NCBI GenBank assembly: GCA_965219445.1
Contig: CBDCNQ010000004.1
Coordinates: forward strand, 864,001-928,000
From: Longimicrobiales bacterium
Lineage (GTDB): Bacteria; Gemmatimonadota; Gemmatimonadetes; Longimicrobiales; Gaopeijiaceae
DNA: 64,000 nucleotides
Direction: 5' to 3'
The notes under the pieces are model-generated. The model made no database searches. It saw only the letters and a list, made by a program, of their open reading frames with translations, and had not been told where the DNA came from. The translations under genes and the position numbers were made by a program. Below, piece by piece: positions 1 through 9,824 of this stretch; the first letter of the stretch is position 1; each line of letters starts with the position of its first letter.

Positions 1-2
1 TC

Positions 3-1343
3 ACTCCCATCGAACTCGCCGATCAGATGGTGAAGTCTTTCGATGCGGCCTGGAAAGATCTGAACATCTCGTTCGATCGCTTCATCCGGACCACCGAACC
101 CGATCACGTCAGTGTCGTCACAGCCTTCCTCGAGCGCCTCTGGGCGAAGGGACAGATCTACGATGACCTTTACACTGGCTGGTACTGCATCCACGAGGAG
201 CGGTACTGGACGGAGAAAGACGTCGGAGTGGAGCACCTCTGCCCGGACTGTAAGCGCCCCGTCGATTTCGTAGAGGAAAAAAACTATTTCTTCCGCATGA
301 GCGACTATCAGGAACGGCTGATCCGGCACATCGAGGAGCACCCTGATTGGATCGTTCCCGTGACGCGCCGCAACGAAATTCTCGGGTTCCTCAAGCAGCC
401 GTTGAAGGATCTCTCGATCTCCCGGCCCAAGTCACGCCTTTCGTGGGGCATCACGCTCCCCTTCGATCCCGATCACGTCTGCTACGTGTGGGTGGACGCG
501 CTCATCAACTATGTCACGGCCTCGGATGTGTTGGACCCTGATGGTGGTCCCGATCAACCGGGCTTCACCGATCCGGGGGATTCCTGGTGGCCGGCAAACC
601 TGCACGTCATGGGAAAGGACATCATCACGAACCATGCGGTTTACTGGCCGACGCTCCTCATGGCCGCCGACCTTCCACTTCCGAAACAGATTCTCGCGCA
701 CGGCTGGTGGGTGATGGAAGAGGCGAAGATGTCGAAGTCCATGGGCAACGTCGTCGACCCTCTGGAGCTCCGTGAGGATTACGGTGCCGATGGCGTCCGT
801 TGGTACCTGCTCCGGGACATGCCCACCGGCTCCGATGCGTCGTATACGCCTGAGCGCTTTCAGGCGCGCTACGATGAACTCGCCAACGTTCTTGGTAACC
901 TGGCCAACCGTGCTATTTCCATGATCGACAAGTATCGGGAGGGGGTCATCCCGGAAGCTGCGGGGGACGGCTTGGACAGTGAGATCGCTTCGACCCTGAG
1001 TGAGGTGACCGAGCACATGGATGGGCTACGGGTCCATGACGCCCTGGCCACGGCCATGGAACTCGCCAGGACGGCCAACGGCTATGTGGACAGCCGCGAG
1101 CCGTGGGCTCAAGCTAAGGACGTGTCCGGTGCGGGGGATCTCGACGAAACCCTTGCATCGCTCGCCCGGGTGCTGACCGTCCTGACCGCCCTGTTTCAAC
1201 CCGTGACACCGAAAAAGATGAGGGACCTCGCCCGCCAGTTGGGTTTGGAGTCCGTGCCGACCCTCGACCAGGCCTTCGCCATCCCGCTAGGAGGTCTGAG
1301 GATCGAAAAGGGAGGGCCCCTCTTCCCGCGGCCGGACCGGTAG
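3..1343 (+). CDS. metG: Methionyl-tRNA synthetase, 5'-partial (short form without C-terminal tRNA-binding domain)
   Basis: Frame is open from the window edge; FIRTT, GWYC..CPDC knuckle, YVWVDALINY, GKDI, KMSKS, LGNLANR motifs. Confidence 0.97.
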   Translation, partial: TPIELADQMVKSFDAAWKDLNISFDRFIRTTEPDHVSVVTAFLERLWAKGQIYDDLYTGWYCIHEERYWTEKDVGVEHLCPDCKRPVDFVEEKNYFFRMSDYQERLIRHIEEHPDWIVPVTRRNEILGFLKQPLKDLSISRPKSRLSWGITLPFDPDHVCYVWVDALINYVTASDVLDPDGGPDQPGFTDPGDSWWPANLHVMGKDIITNHAVYWPTLLMAADLPLPKQILAHGWWVMEEAKMSKSMGNVVDPLELREDYGADGVRWYLLRDMPTGSDASYTPERFQARYDELANVLGNLANRAISMIDKYREGVIPEAAGDGLDSEIASTLSEVTEHMDGLRVHDALATAMELARTANGYVDSREPWAQAKDVSGAGDLDETLASLARVLTVLTALFQPVTPKKMRDLARQLGLESVPTLDQAFAIPLGGLRIEKGGPLFPRPDR

Positions 1344-1410
1344 TAGCCTACCGCGTCTCTCACACAACGCACCCAGCTCGAGCAAAGCTCCCCTGAGACC
1401 GGAGCTCAGC

Positions 1411-1440
1411 TTGACACTCTCCGACGACACGGAATATGTT
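1411..1440 (+). promoter_or_regulatory. Putative sigma70 promoter for the M23 peptidase gene
   Basis: TTGACA (1411-1416), 18-nt spacer, TATGTT (1435-1440). Confidence 0.45.
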
Positions 1441-1519
1441 CCCGCCTTCGCTGAAAGGGCACCCATGGCCGGTACGGAACGATTCGCTCGCAATGGGCCG
1501 AGAGGCATCGGCCCGAGAT

Positions 1520-1572
1520 CCGGACGAGCCCCTTCAGGACGAGCCCGATCAGGACGAGCCCGATCATGACGA
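1520..1572 (+). repeat. 15-bp tandem repeat (CAGGACGAGCCCGAT) running into the M23 start codon
   Basis: Exact copies at 1535-1549 and 1550-1564, variant at 1520-1534, partial copy CATGACGA containing the ATG. Confidence 0.8.
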
Positions 1573-2495
1573 ATCAGCGGTGGACCTTTGTTTGTGTCTC
1601 CGAGGATAAGCGTCCGGTGCGGCAGTTCAGCCTATCTGCTCGGGCGCTGCACTATACTCCCTCCCTGACCGCCGCTGCCGTCACGGTCCTTTCCGCGCTG
1701 AGCATGATCGTCGCTCTCGACGGATCGGCCCGGCTCGAGGTGCATAAGCTCCGTGGGGAAAAAGCCGCGATCTCCCGAGAAGTCGAGTCGATACGGATGA
1801 GGGTCGGCCTGATGGAAGGGTCCATCGATGGATTCATCGAGAACGACGAGCAGTTTCGGGTTCTCGCGGGTCTAAGTCCCATCGACCCAGAAATCTTCGA
1901 GGTGGGCGTCGGTGGGCCGGGCATGACGGCGTTCGCATCCGATCCGATGTGGGAGACCGATCCGGCGACCGCCGAGGCTGTCTTCACGACGGCCTACGAC
2001 CTCGCGGCATTGGAGCGGCGGGCAAACCTGCTCTCGCAAAGTATGCAGCAAGCCATGGACGGCCTCTTGGCGAACTACGCTCTTCTCGAGGCGACTCCGT
2101 CCATCCTGCCGGCCGAGGGGATGGTCAGCAGCCAGTTCAGCGCTGCCCGATCGCATCCCCTCTACCACGAGCAACTCCCACACGTCGGTATTGATCTGAG
2201 CGCCGTGGACGGCACGCCGATTCTTTCGGCCGCAAATGGATTTGTCTCTTATGCGGGCTGGAAATCGGGCTACGGCTATACGGTCGAGGTCGACCACGGG
2301 TTCGGAATCATGACCCGCTATGCGCACGCCTCTCGGATACTCGTCAAGGGGGGGCAGGCGGTGACACGGAGCGAGATTCTCGCGCAGGTCGGCAGGTCCG
2401 GTACGGCTACGGCCAGCCATCTCCACTACGAAATCTGGGTGGATGGCGAGGCCAAGAACCCCAGGGACTATATCCTGAACGGAGTAATCCCCTAG
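1566..2495 (+). CDS. M23 family metallopeptidase with N-terminal TM and coiled coil
   Basis: HVGID, YAH and HLHYE M23 zinc motifs. Confidence 0.93.
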   Translation: MTNQRWTFVCVSEDKRPVRQFSLSARALHYTPSLTAAAVTVLSALSMIVALDGSARLEVHKLRGEKAAISREVESIRMRVGLMEGSIDGFIENDEQFRVLAGLSPIDPEIFEVGVGGPGMTAFASDPMWETDPATAEAVFTTAYDLAALERRANLLSQSMQQAMDGLLANYALLEATPSILPAEGMVSSQFSAARSHPLYHEQLPHVGIDLSAVDGTPILSAANGFVSYAGWKSGYGYTVEVDHGFGIMTRYAHASRILVKGGQAVTRSEILAQVGRSGTATASHLHYEIWVDGEAKNPRDYILNGVIP

Positions 2496-2497
2496 CG

Positions 2498-2521
2498 GCG
2501 ACCGTCGGCTGCGACGGTCGC
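2498..2521 (+). terminator. GC-rich hairpin after the M23 gene
   Basis: GCGACCGTCG-gctg-CGACGGTCGC, perfect 10-bp stem, weak U tract. Confidence 0.5.
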
Positions 2522-2611
2522 GCTTCACCGCCACCGTCGTCGAGCTTGATGCGTCCTCGGCCGTTCAGTATTTTTTGCCAAGCTTTCCGGCCACATGCAA
2601 CGGAGTTGGAC

Positions 2612-3388
2612 ATGAAGCATAGCAAGTGTCTGCTGGCCCTTCTGGGAACCGCACTTCTCTCCGCCTGCGGTCCCACCCAGGTGGTGGTGGTCGCGGAGGT
2701 CGGCCAGGACGACCCGACCCAAGCTGGCGAGGCCAGGGCGTTGGCCGACCTAGAGGTTCGCCTGGTCCCGTTCGATCGGGACCTCATTTTCGATTCGATG
2801 ACGGCCGCGGCCACGAGTCCCGAACCGGCGATCCCGGACTCGGTGCTAGAAGCTCAGGCTGAGGTGGCCGCGGCACAGCAGGCCTGGCGCGACTTGGAGG
2901 CCCGGTGGAACATCCTTCGTGACACGCTGCAGTCCCTGAGTGACGAGCTCGAGCAGTTGAGCCGGGGGCAAGCGCAGTACCGCCTTCTTTTCAGGGATTT
3001 TGAGGAACTTGATGGCGAGTACGCCGCCGTAGAACGGCAGCGTGACCAGGCCTTCGAAGACTTCACGACCCTCCAGGCCGCCTCCATGGCAGCCGCTGAA
3101 GAAACCCGGATGGTCCGTCAGCAGTGGGGGGACGAGGCGTTCGTCGACGTCGGCATGGCGATGGCCCTGCACGAACGGGCCAGCGGACTCGCGACGCTTT
3201 ATGACACGACCGACGCCAGCGGCGTCGCCGACGGGTTCGAGGCCGATGCGGGGGACTATTGGGTAACGGCCCGGTACGAGCTCCCCTATACGGAGCTCTA
3301 CTGGAACGTCCCCGTAACGGTGGTCGGCGGCGAGCCCGCACAGGTCCGACTCACGCGAGACAACGCTACGGTTCGACCGAACTTGTAG
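2612..3388 (+). CDS. Hypothetical lipoprotein with long helical/coiled-coil insert
   Basis: GGAG RBS before ATG 2612; lipobox LSAC; heptad-rich centre; beta-rich C-terminus. Confidence 0.75.
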   Translation: MKHSKCLLALLGTALLSACGPTQVVVVAEVGQDDPTQAGEARALADLEVRLVPFDRDLIFDSMTAAATSPEPAIPDSVLEAQAEVAAAQQAWRDLEARWNILRDTLQSLSDELEQLSRGQAQYRLLFRDFEELDGEYAAVERQRDQAFEDFTTLQAASMAAAEETRMVRQQWGDEAFVDVGMAMALHERASGLATLYDTTDASGVADGFEADAGDYWVTARYELPYTELYWNVPVTVVGGEPAQVRLTRDNATVRPNL

Positions 3389-3411
3389 GCCGTCCCGAGA
3401 CTCGACGGCGA

Positions 3412-3448
3412 GAAGCCTCGGGGGTCCTGAGCGGCCCCCGGGGTTTTC
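3412..3448 (+). terminator. Rho-independent terminator-like hairpin
   Basis: CCTCGGGGGTC / GGCCCCCGGGG stem with G-U pairs followed by TTTT. Confidence 0.55.
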
Positions 3449-3462
3449 GAATAGTTTACGTC

Positions 3463-5631
3463 ATGAGCACGAACCCTCCGCCCGGCGCTAATCCGACGCT
3501 CCACGTCGACGAGAATCGGGTTGCGTGGATCACCTTCGACGACCCAGAGCGTAAGGTGAACGTGCTCAGCGAACAGGTCCTTACCCGATTCGGTGAGCAT
3601 CTGGGCGAGGTACGGAATTTGGCGCGGCAAAGCAGGGTGCACGTGGTCGTACTGTGGAGCGCGAAGAGCGGGTTCATTGCGGGAGCCGACCTAGCCGCGA
3701 TCGAAGGCCTCGAGGATCCGGCCAAGGGAGCGGAGGGAGCCCGGTTCGGACAACGTATCTTCGGCTCCTTGAAAGAAGTCGGCATCCCGACTGTTGCGGC
3801 TGTACACGGGATTTGCCTGGGCGGCGGCGTGGAGATGGCGCTCGCCTGCAGTCATCGTGTGGCTTCCGATTCACCCTCCACCAAGATGGGTCTCCCCGAG
3901 GTACTTCTGGGAATCCTACCTGCGTGGGGGGGAACGACCCGACTGCCCCGGCTGATCGGAGTCGAGGATGCCTTGGGCTTGTTGCTCAGCGGCCGCCAGG
4001 TGTCGTCTTCCACCGCCCGGCGCATGGGACTCGTGGACGACGTCGTTCCAGCGGATCTCTTCCGAGAGAAGGTCGCCGCCTTCGCGGCAGAAGCAATCTC
4101 AACCAAGAAACCACGGCTGCGACGCCCTCTCTTGAAGCGCCTCAAGGACGGCACCGCCCCGGGCCGCCGGTTGGTCCTTTTCTTCGCAAAGAAGCAAGTC
4201 ATGCGACGCACGGGAGGCCACTACCCAGCGCACTTGAAGATCCTCGAGGTCGTGGGCCGGAGCGTACGAGAGCCCCTCATGAAGGCTCTCGAAATCGAGG
4301 CGAAAGCCGCCGGAGAACTCGTTGCGTCGCCCGTCTGCAAGAATCTGATCCACGTCTTCCACCTCCGAGAGGAGGCACGCAAGGGAACCGGAGTCGATGA
4401 CGAGGCCATCGAGCCCGGACGTGTAGAGTACCTTGCGGTGCTGGGAGCCGGCGTAATGGGCGGTGGAATCGCACAACTCGCTGCTTACAAGGGCATTCGC
4501 GTCCGCATGAAGGACATTCACCGCGAAGCTATCGTGAGCGGCCTTCAGCACGCCGCGGGGCTTTTCGACGACTTGGTAAAGCGAAAGAAGCTTCGCCGCC
4601 GTGAGGCGGTTCAGGGGATGTCGCTCATCTCCGGTGGCCTTGGATACGAGGGATTTGCACGACAGGACCTGGTGGTTGAAGCGGTCGTCGAAAAGATGGA
4701 TATCAAGCGGATCGTCCTGCGGGAAACGGAGGACACCGTTCACAAAGAGTCCGTGTTGGCCACAAACACGTCTTCGCTGTCCGCGGACGAAATGGCGTCT
4801 GCCTTGGCCCGTCCGGAGAACTTCGTCGGCATGCACTTCTTCAACCCTGTCCACCGTATGCCCCTGGTTGAAGTCGTGCGCGGGACGCGTAGCAGTGATC
4901 ACGCGGTGGCCACCACTTATGCGCTCGCCCTCAAGCTCGGAAAAGTGCCTGTGGTGACCAAGGCCGGACCCGGCTTCCTGGTGAATCGCATTCTGGGCCC
5001 CTATATGAACGAGGCAGGCTTTCTCCTCGCCGATGGGGCCAGTGTCGAAGCCGTCGACCGCGCCGCGAAGAAGTTCGGAATGCCGATGGGACCCCTGCGA
5101 CTCGTGGACGAGGTCGGCATCGACATCAGCCGGCACGCCGGGCAGTCGCTGCATGAGGCCCTCGGTGACCGGTTGTCTCCCTCCCCGCCCCTGGTGGCGC
5201 TGGCGGACAGTGGGCGTTTGGGTAAGAAGGGGGGGATCGGCTTCTATCGGTACGACAACGGCAAGGAGAAGGGCTCCGACCCCGAGATTTATGCAGTCCT
5301 CGCTACAACGGTGCCGCCCGTTCGTGCGACGATCGGGGAGCGCGAGATCCGTGGCCGCCTAGTGCTGGCCATGGTGAACGAGGCCGCTCGAGTTCTGGAT
5401 GAGGGCATCGTCGGACGAGCGAGTGACGTAGACCTCGCGATGATCATGGGGACGGGCTTTCCACCTTTCCGTGGCGGCCTCCTTCGGTTCGCCGACACGA
5501 TCCACACCCGAACCATCCTGAGCCGCCTGAACGATTTCGAGGAGAGATACGGCGCCCGCTTTACGCCGGCTGATCTTATTCGCCGTCTGGCCAGAGAGAA
5601 CCGTGGGTTCTATGAGTCCTTCCCAGGCTGA
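3463..5631 (+). CDS. fadJ: Multifunctional fatty-acid oxidation alpha subunit (enoyl-CoA hydratase + 3-hydroxyacyl-CoA dehydrogenase)
   Basis: AGADL, GGGVEMALAC, PEVLLG; GAGVMGGGIA, EAVVE, NTSSL, HFFNP, GFLVNRIL; FadJ versus FadB assignment is tentative. Confidence 0.9.
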   Translation: MSTNPPPGANPTLHVDENRVAWITFDDPERKVNVLSEQVLTRFGEHLGEVRNLARQSRVHVVVLWSAKSGFIAGADLAAIEGLEDPAKGAEGARFGQRIFGSLKEVGIPTVAAVHGICLGGGVEMALACSHRVASDSPSTKMGLPEVLLGILPAWGGTTRLPRLIGVEDALGLLLSGRQVSSSTARRMGLVDDVVPADLFREKVAAFAAEAISTKKPRLRRPLLKRLKDGTAPGRRLVLFFAKKQVMRRTGGHYPAHLKILEVVGRSVREPLMKALEIEAKAAGELVASPVCKNLIHVFHLREEARKGTGVDDEAIEPGRVEYLAVLGAGVMGGGIAQLAAYKGIRVRMKDIHREAIVSGLQHAAGLFDDLVKRKKLRRREAVQGMSLISGGLGYEGFARQDLVVEAVVEKMDIKRIVLRETEDTVHKESVLATNTSSLSADEMASALARPENFVGMHFFNPVHRMPLVEVVRGTRSSDHAVATTYALALKLGKVPVVTKAGPGFLVNRILGPYMNEAGFLLADGASVEAVDRAAKKFGMPMGPLRLVDEVGIDISRHAGQSLHEALGDRLSPSPPLVALADSGRLGKKGGIGFYRYDNGKEKGSDPEIYAVLATTVPPVRATIGEREIRGRLVLAMVNEAARVLDEGIVGRASDVDLAMIMGTGFPPFRGGLLRFADTIHTRTILSRLNDFEERYGARFTPADLIRRLARENRGFYESFPG

Positions 5632-6238
5632 GGTTTGGGGAGTGGTTCCCTGCTCCGGCCGTTCCAGCCGGATGGGCACGCCCAAGGGGATGCTCGACGC
5701 GGGAGGGCGAACGTTCATCGAACGCGTGGTTCACGCGCACCGAGCCGGTGGCTGTAGTCGGGTGCTGGTCGCACTCCCCACGCTGGACGGACCCGAGGCC
5801 GCCGAGGCGGCAGAGGTGGGAGCAGAGGTAGTGATGAACCCCTCCCCCGAGGAAGGCCCGATCGGGTCTCTACGGGCTTCGCTCCAGGCCCTCGATGATT
5901 CCGTCGAGGGAGTTTCCTTCTGCCCCGTAGATCATCCTTTGATTCGCGAAGACACCGTACGAAAACTGATCGAAATGTTTTGGCGAAGCCAAGCGCCGCT
6001 GGTCGTGCCCACATTCGACGGCAAGCGAGGTCATCCCGTCCTCTTCGGGAGGGTGCTGTTCGACGAACTCCTGAGTGACGCGCTCCCGGAGGGTGCCCGC
6101 ACCGTGGTGCATCGGCACCTCGACGAGGCCGTATCGGTCCCAGTCGACGATGAGGGCACCGTCATCGACATCGATGATATGACAGCGTACCGCCGTCACT
6201 GCCCCGAGGAATACCGCCTCCGCGTCCAGGACCGATGA
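5612..6238 (+). CDS. MocA/MobA-like nucleotidyltransferase
   Basis: SGRSSRMGTPK, PVDHP, RGHPVLF, DIDD motifs; overlaps the fadJ stop. Confidence 0.88.
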   Translation: MSPSQAEVWGVVPCSGRSSRMGTPKGMLDAGGRTFIERVVHAHRAGGCSRVLVALPTLDGPEAAEAAEVGAEVVMNPSPEEGPIGSLRASLQALDDSVEGVSFCPVDHPLIREDTVRKLIEMFWRSQAPLVVPTFDGKRGHPVLFGRVLFDELLSDALPEGARTVVHRHLDEAVSVPVDDEGTVIDIDDMTAYRRHCPEEYRLRVQDR

Positions 6239-6254
6239 CGGACCCCCAAGACCC

Positions 6255-7109
6255 ATGACGAACCCCAAGAACGCGCCACTCACGCCCATGGAGGCGACGG
6301 CAGAGGTGCTCAACGCCCAGCAGGCCCGCCAGCCGATGGCGCTAATCGTTTCGGTGTCCGGCCCTCCGGAGCTTGTGGGTAAACGGGTGGTGGTCCGTCA
6401 GGCCAAGGGGGGGGCCAAACACCTCGTGGGATCCTTCGGTGATGTCGACCTCGACGACGCGGCCTTGGCGCTCGGAACGAAAAGACTCGAGGAGCGCAGA
6501 ACCTCGACGGAGGGGGTCCACGAGCTGAAGTCGGCCACTGGACCGACGATCCACGTGTATGTCGAGGCGCATCATCCTCATCCGGACCTGGTGATCGTCG
6601 GCGCGGGTCATATCGCACAGCCGATGTGCTCGGTGGGCGCGGTGATGGGCTTTCGCGTCATCGTGGTGGACGATCGGCCCGACTTCGCCACTCGGGAGCG
6701 CTTCCCGGAGGCCGACCGCATCGTTAGGGTCGACTTCAGGGATCCGTTCGCGGACGTCCCCATCCACTCCACGAGTCACGTCGTGCTCGTGACCCGAGGA
6801 CACAAGTACGATTTCGAGTGTCTCCGCCACTTGCTGAAAACCGAGGTGGAGCCACCTTACGTAGGCATGATCGGAAGCCGCCGACGCGTGAGGGCCGCTT
6901 TTTCACAGCTCCAAGGCGAAGGAATGCCGAGGGATCGGCTCTCCCGGGTGCGCGCCCCGGTCGGACTGGACATCGGGGCCGAAACACCCATCGAGATCGC
7001 AGTTGCGGTCCTTGCGGAGATCATCCTCCAATGGAGAGGCGGCACCGGCGCGCCCTTGATGGACCAGGAGCGGATTCTGGATCGATTTTTCAAAGAGACG
7101 GAGCTTTGA
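6255..7109 (+). CDS. XdhC family protein (Rossmann C-terminal part)
   Basis: VGAGHIA, VDDR, VTRGH, YVGMIGSRRR, PVGLDIGAETPIEIA. Confidence 0.92.
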   Translation: MTNPKNAPLTPMEATAEVLNAQQARQPMALIVSVSGPPELVGKRVVVRQAKGGAKHLVGSFGDVDLDDAALALGTKRLEERRTSTEGVHELKSATGPTIHVYVEAHHPHPDLVIVGAGHIAQPMCSVGAVMGFRVIVVDDRPDFATRERFPEADRIVRVDFRDPFADVPIHSTSHVVLVTRGHKYDFECLRHLLKTEVEPPYVGMIGSRRRVRAAFSQLQGEGMPRDRLSRVRAPVGLDIGAETPIEIAVAVLAEIILQWRGGTGAPLMDQERILDRFFKETEL

Positions 7110-7121
7110 CAGCCACCGAAA

Positions 7122-7451
7122 ATGAATAGCCACAACGACTACGACCTCTATCAAGCCATCGCCGAAAAGGTCCGTGGGGGCCGCACCATAGCTTTGGCGA
7201 CGATCGTAGCTGCAAAGGGCTCCGTACCTAGGGGTGTGGGAGCCAAGATGCTCGTCGACCCCGGAGAGGAATTGGTGGGCACGGTGGGTGGCGGGTGCGG
7301 TGAGGGAGAGGTGATCGAGGCCGCGCACGAGGTGATCCGCACCGGAGAGGCCCAGATGGTCTCGGTGGACCTGACCGAGGATCTGCTGTCGCTGAGTCCG
7401 GCGGTGTGCGGAGGCACGATGGAGATTTTCGTGGAGGCCATCAGCGAGTGA
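7122..7451 (+). CDS. XdhC/CoxI N-terminal domain protein
   Basis: GSVPR..GAKM, GTVGGGCGE, CGG.MEIFVE. Confidence 0.9.
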   Translation: MNSHNDYDLYQAIAEKVRGGRTIALATIVAAKGSVPRGVGAKMLVDPGEELVGTVGGGCGEGEVIEAAHEVIRTGEAQMVSVDLTEDLLSLSPAVCGGTMEIFVEAISE

Positions 7452-7454
7452 CGG

Positions 7455-8003
7455 ATGTCAGCAGCGACGGATGAGGGCCCGCCACTCGTCCGAATTCACT
7501 ACCTCAGGCCGCCCGATCGGGAGCAGGTCTACACTCAGTATCTGATCCACGAGGAAGACGGCGTAAAGGTCACCTACGCCCGTGACCTGAACCTCGAGTC
7601 ACCGATTCGAATCGCCGGAGACGTGGTACTGGAGACCGGTTCCGATGCGATCTGGTTCACCTTCCCCGACGCCTGGCACGATATCGGAATCTTCCATCGT
7701 GCCGACGGCTCGTTTACCGGCACGTACGCGAACATCCTGACCCCGTGCGTCTTCGAAGAGGGCGGGATCTGGCGGACCACCGATCTGTTCCTCGATCTCT
7801 GGCTCGATCCGACCGGGCACCTCCTGACGCTCGACGAGCAAGATCTGAACGAAGCGGAGGTGAGCGGATGGGTCGATCCGGATACTGCTCGGCGGGCCCG
7901 GGAAGAGGTCAGGACGCTGTCCGCGCAGGCTGCAGCCGGGCTCTGGCCCCCGGGCATTGTCGGGGAGTGGACCCTCGCCCGAGCCCGGGAGTTGATCGCC
8001 TGA
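7455..8003 (+). CDS. DUF402 (FomD/Ntdp-like) domain protein
   Basis: G.YANILTP, TDLFLDL, LDEQDL motifs. Confidence 0.75.
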   Translation: MSAATDEGPPLVRIHYLRPPDREQVYTQYLIHEEDGVKVTYARDLNLESPIRIAGDVVLETGSDAIWFTFPDAWHDIGIFHRADGSFTGTYANILTPCVFEEGGIWRTTDLFLDLWLDPTGHLLTLDEQDLNEAEVSGWVDPDTARRAREEVRTLSAQAAAGLWPPGIVGEWTLARARELIA

Positions 8004-8025
8004 CTCGCTTTACACAGCGAGCGGT

Positions 8026-8235
8026 TTAGTCGCTTGCACTCTCGTTAGCCAACTCAGCGGAGCAGACGCGGGAGAGGTCTACGTGAAGTCGCTTCAGCAC
8101 GGTGGGGTCTTCCCTGAGACAGTCGATCAACCGGTCATAGCCTGCCATCGACTCGGCAGGTATTTCGACCTCCTCGTGGTGAAACGATCCGTCATCGGCA
8201 AAAAGCAGCCGGATCGTGGCGAGTTTCTCGCTCAA
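8026..8235 (-). CDS. Small hypothetical protein coupled to the DsbA gene
   Basis: TTG start overlaps the DsbA stop; 69 aa of globular composition. Confidence 0.65.
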   Translation of the reverse strand: MSEKLATIRLLFADDGSFHHEEVEIPAESMAGYDRLIDCLREDPTVLKRLHVDLSRVCSAELANESASD

Positions 8236-8984
8236 ACGCCGTCTCCGGCGTCCTCCTCAAGCAGTCGGTCGATCACGTCTTTGACCCCCTCGAACTCATT
8301 CCAACGCACCACGCGAATAGCCATGCCCCCACCCTTGCTCACGAAGATCGTCGGAGTGCCGCTCACACCCAATTCCATGCCCAAGCGCATGTTGGCGCTG
8401 ACCACCTCGGCGTGACGGTCACTGTCGAGACAGTTGGAGAAGTCATCCGTGTCGAGACCGATCGCGGCAGCATAGCCTTCAAAGGCGCCCATGGGAGAAC
8501 TCTGGCTCCCCGCCCACGACGACTGGCGCGAGAACAGTTGATCGTGGAAGGGCCAGAAGTACTGATCACCCTGATCATGCGCGCAGCGCGCAGCCCGGGC
8601 CGCAAGGAACGCGTGAAAGTGTCCCGCAACGAGGGGAAAGTCGTGGAATACGAATCGGGCGATTCCCGACTCGACGTACATCAAATCGATCTGAGGCTTC
8701 ACGAAGGTGGCGAACTGTTGGCAGGCGGGGCATTGAAAGTCGCCGAACTCCAGGATCGTTATGGGCGCGTCGGGGTCCCCGCGCTCGACGCCGGTCGCCG
8801 TCTCAACCAACCACGCGAGGTCCTCTATTTCGCCCTGCACGATGCTCGCGACCGGCTGAGTCGCGGCAGAGCTCAGGCCACCCCCCACAGCCGACCACCC
8901 GAGAGCTCCAGCAGCGATCGCGGCCGTCGCACCCAAAACCCACCAAAACGCCTTGAGATCCCCGCCATTATTCTTAGCCACCAT
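8232..8984 (-). CDS. DsbA/thioredoxin-fold protein with N-terminal membrane anchor
   Basis: EFGDFQCPAC and GTPT motifs. Confidence 0.92.
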   Translation of the reverse strand: MVAKNNGGDLKAFWWVLGATAAIAAGALGWSAVGGGLSSAATQPVASIVQGEIEDLAWLVETATGVERGDPDAPITILEFGDFQCPACQQFATFVKPQIDLMYVESGIARFVFHDFPLVAGHFHAFLAARAARCAHDQGDQYFWPFHDQLFSRQSSWAGSQSSPMGAFEGYAAAIGLDTDDFSNCLDSDRHAEVVSANMRLGMELGVSGTPTIFVSKGGGMAIRVVRWNEFEGVKDVIDRLLEEDAGDGV

Positions 8985-9137
8985 TCACTCCATTGCTCGA
9001 TGTACGGCCACGGCATGGCCCCCGTACCACTGATGTAGCACGCTACACGGACTCGCCTAAGATGCTCCCCAACGTGACTCAGTGCAATCAGGGCTGGAGA
9101 GCTTCCATATGATCAAGGCGGGCGAGCTTCGACGCGA

Positions 9138-9821
9138 TCAGGTCAGGAGAGCTTCCATGACCGAGGCGATATTGGAAAGATCGTCGAAAACCGCGTCGGC
9201 CCCGGTGGTCTCGAGCCGCTCCCGCGAGATTCGCCCGGTCGCCACGGCGATTGTTCTCATCCCCTCGTGCTTTCCGCACTCCACGTCTCGGTGAGTGTCA
9301 CCCACGATGACGGCCGATTCCGCGGAAAAGCGTACGCCCCAGGCGTTGAACGCCCGCTCGAGCGCGATGGCCGGCAAGTGCTCACGAACCTCGTGATCGG
9401 AGCCGTATCCGCCCACCGTGAGGCGCTCGGCAAGTCCGACAGACCCGAGCTTCACCCGGGCCCCTCGAATGATGTTGCCGGTGACCAGCCCCAACGCCAC
9501 ATCGGGTTCGGCAGCGAGAGCCTCGATGAGGCCCGCCACTCCTGGTAGCAGCCTCATCGGATTGTCGCTGATGCGAGCCTCGAGCTCTCCGACGTAACGG
9601 TCCCAAAGCTGGGGGAGCCCAGCATCGACGGCAGCGTCCTCCAGCCCAGCATCCGTCAGAAGCTCTCGGGCGATCTGCGGATCGGTCTTTCCCGAAAATT
9701 CGTGAGAATCAATCGATCCGGCGGTACCGAACGTCTCCAACATCGCAGTGTGGAAGGCGACCTTGGCCGGCCCCCCTCGCACAAGCGTGCCGTCGATGTC
9801 GAAGAGAACGAGCGTGCGCAT
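9138..9821 (-). CDS. HAD family hydrolase
   Basis: LFDIDGTL, GKTD, TGN, VGDT..D. Confidence 0.92.
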   Translation of the reverse strand: MRTLVLFDIDGTLVRGGPAKVAFHTAMLETFGTAGSIDSHEFSGKTDPQIARELLTDAGLEDAAVDAGLPQLWDRYVGELEARISDNPMRLLPGVAGLIEALAAEPDVALGLVTGNIIRGARVKLGSVGLAERLTVGGYGSDHEVREHLPAIALERAFNAWGVRFSAESAVIVGDTHRDVECGKHEGMRTIAVATGRISRERLETTGADAVFDDLSNIASVMEALLT

Positions 9822-9824
9822 CGA

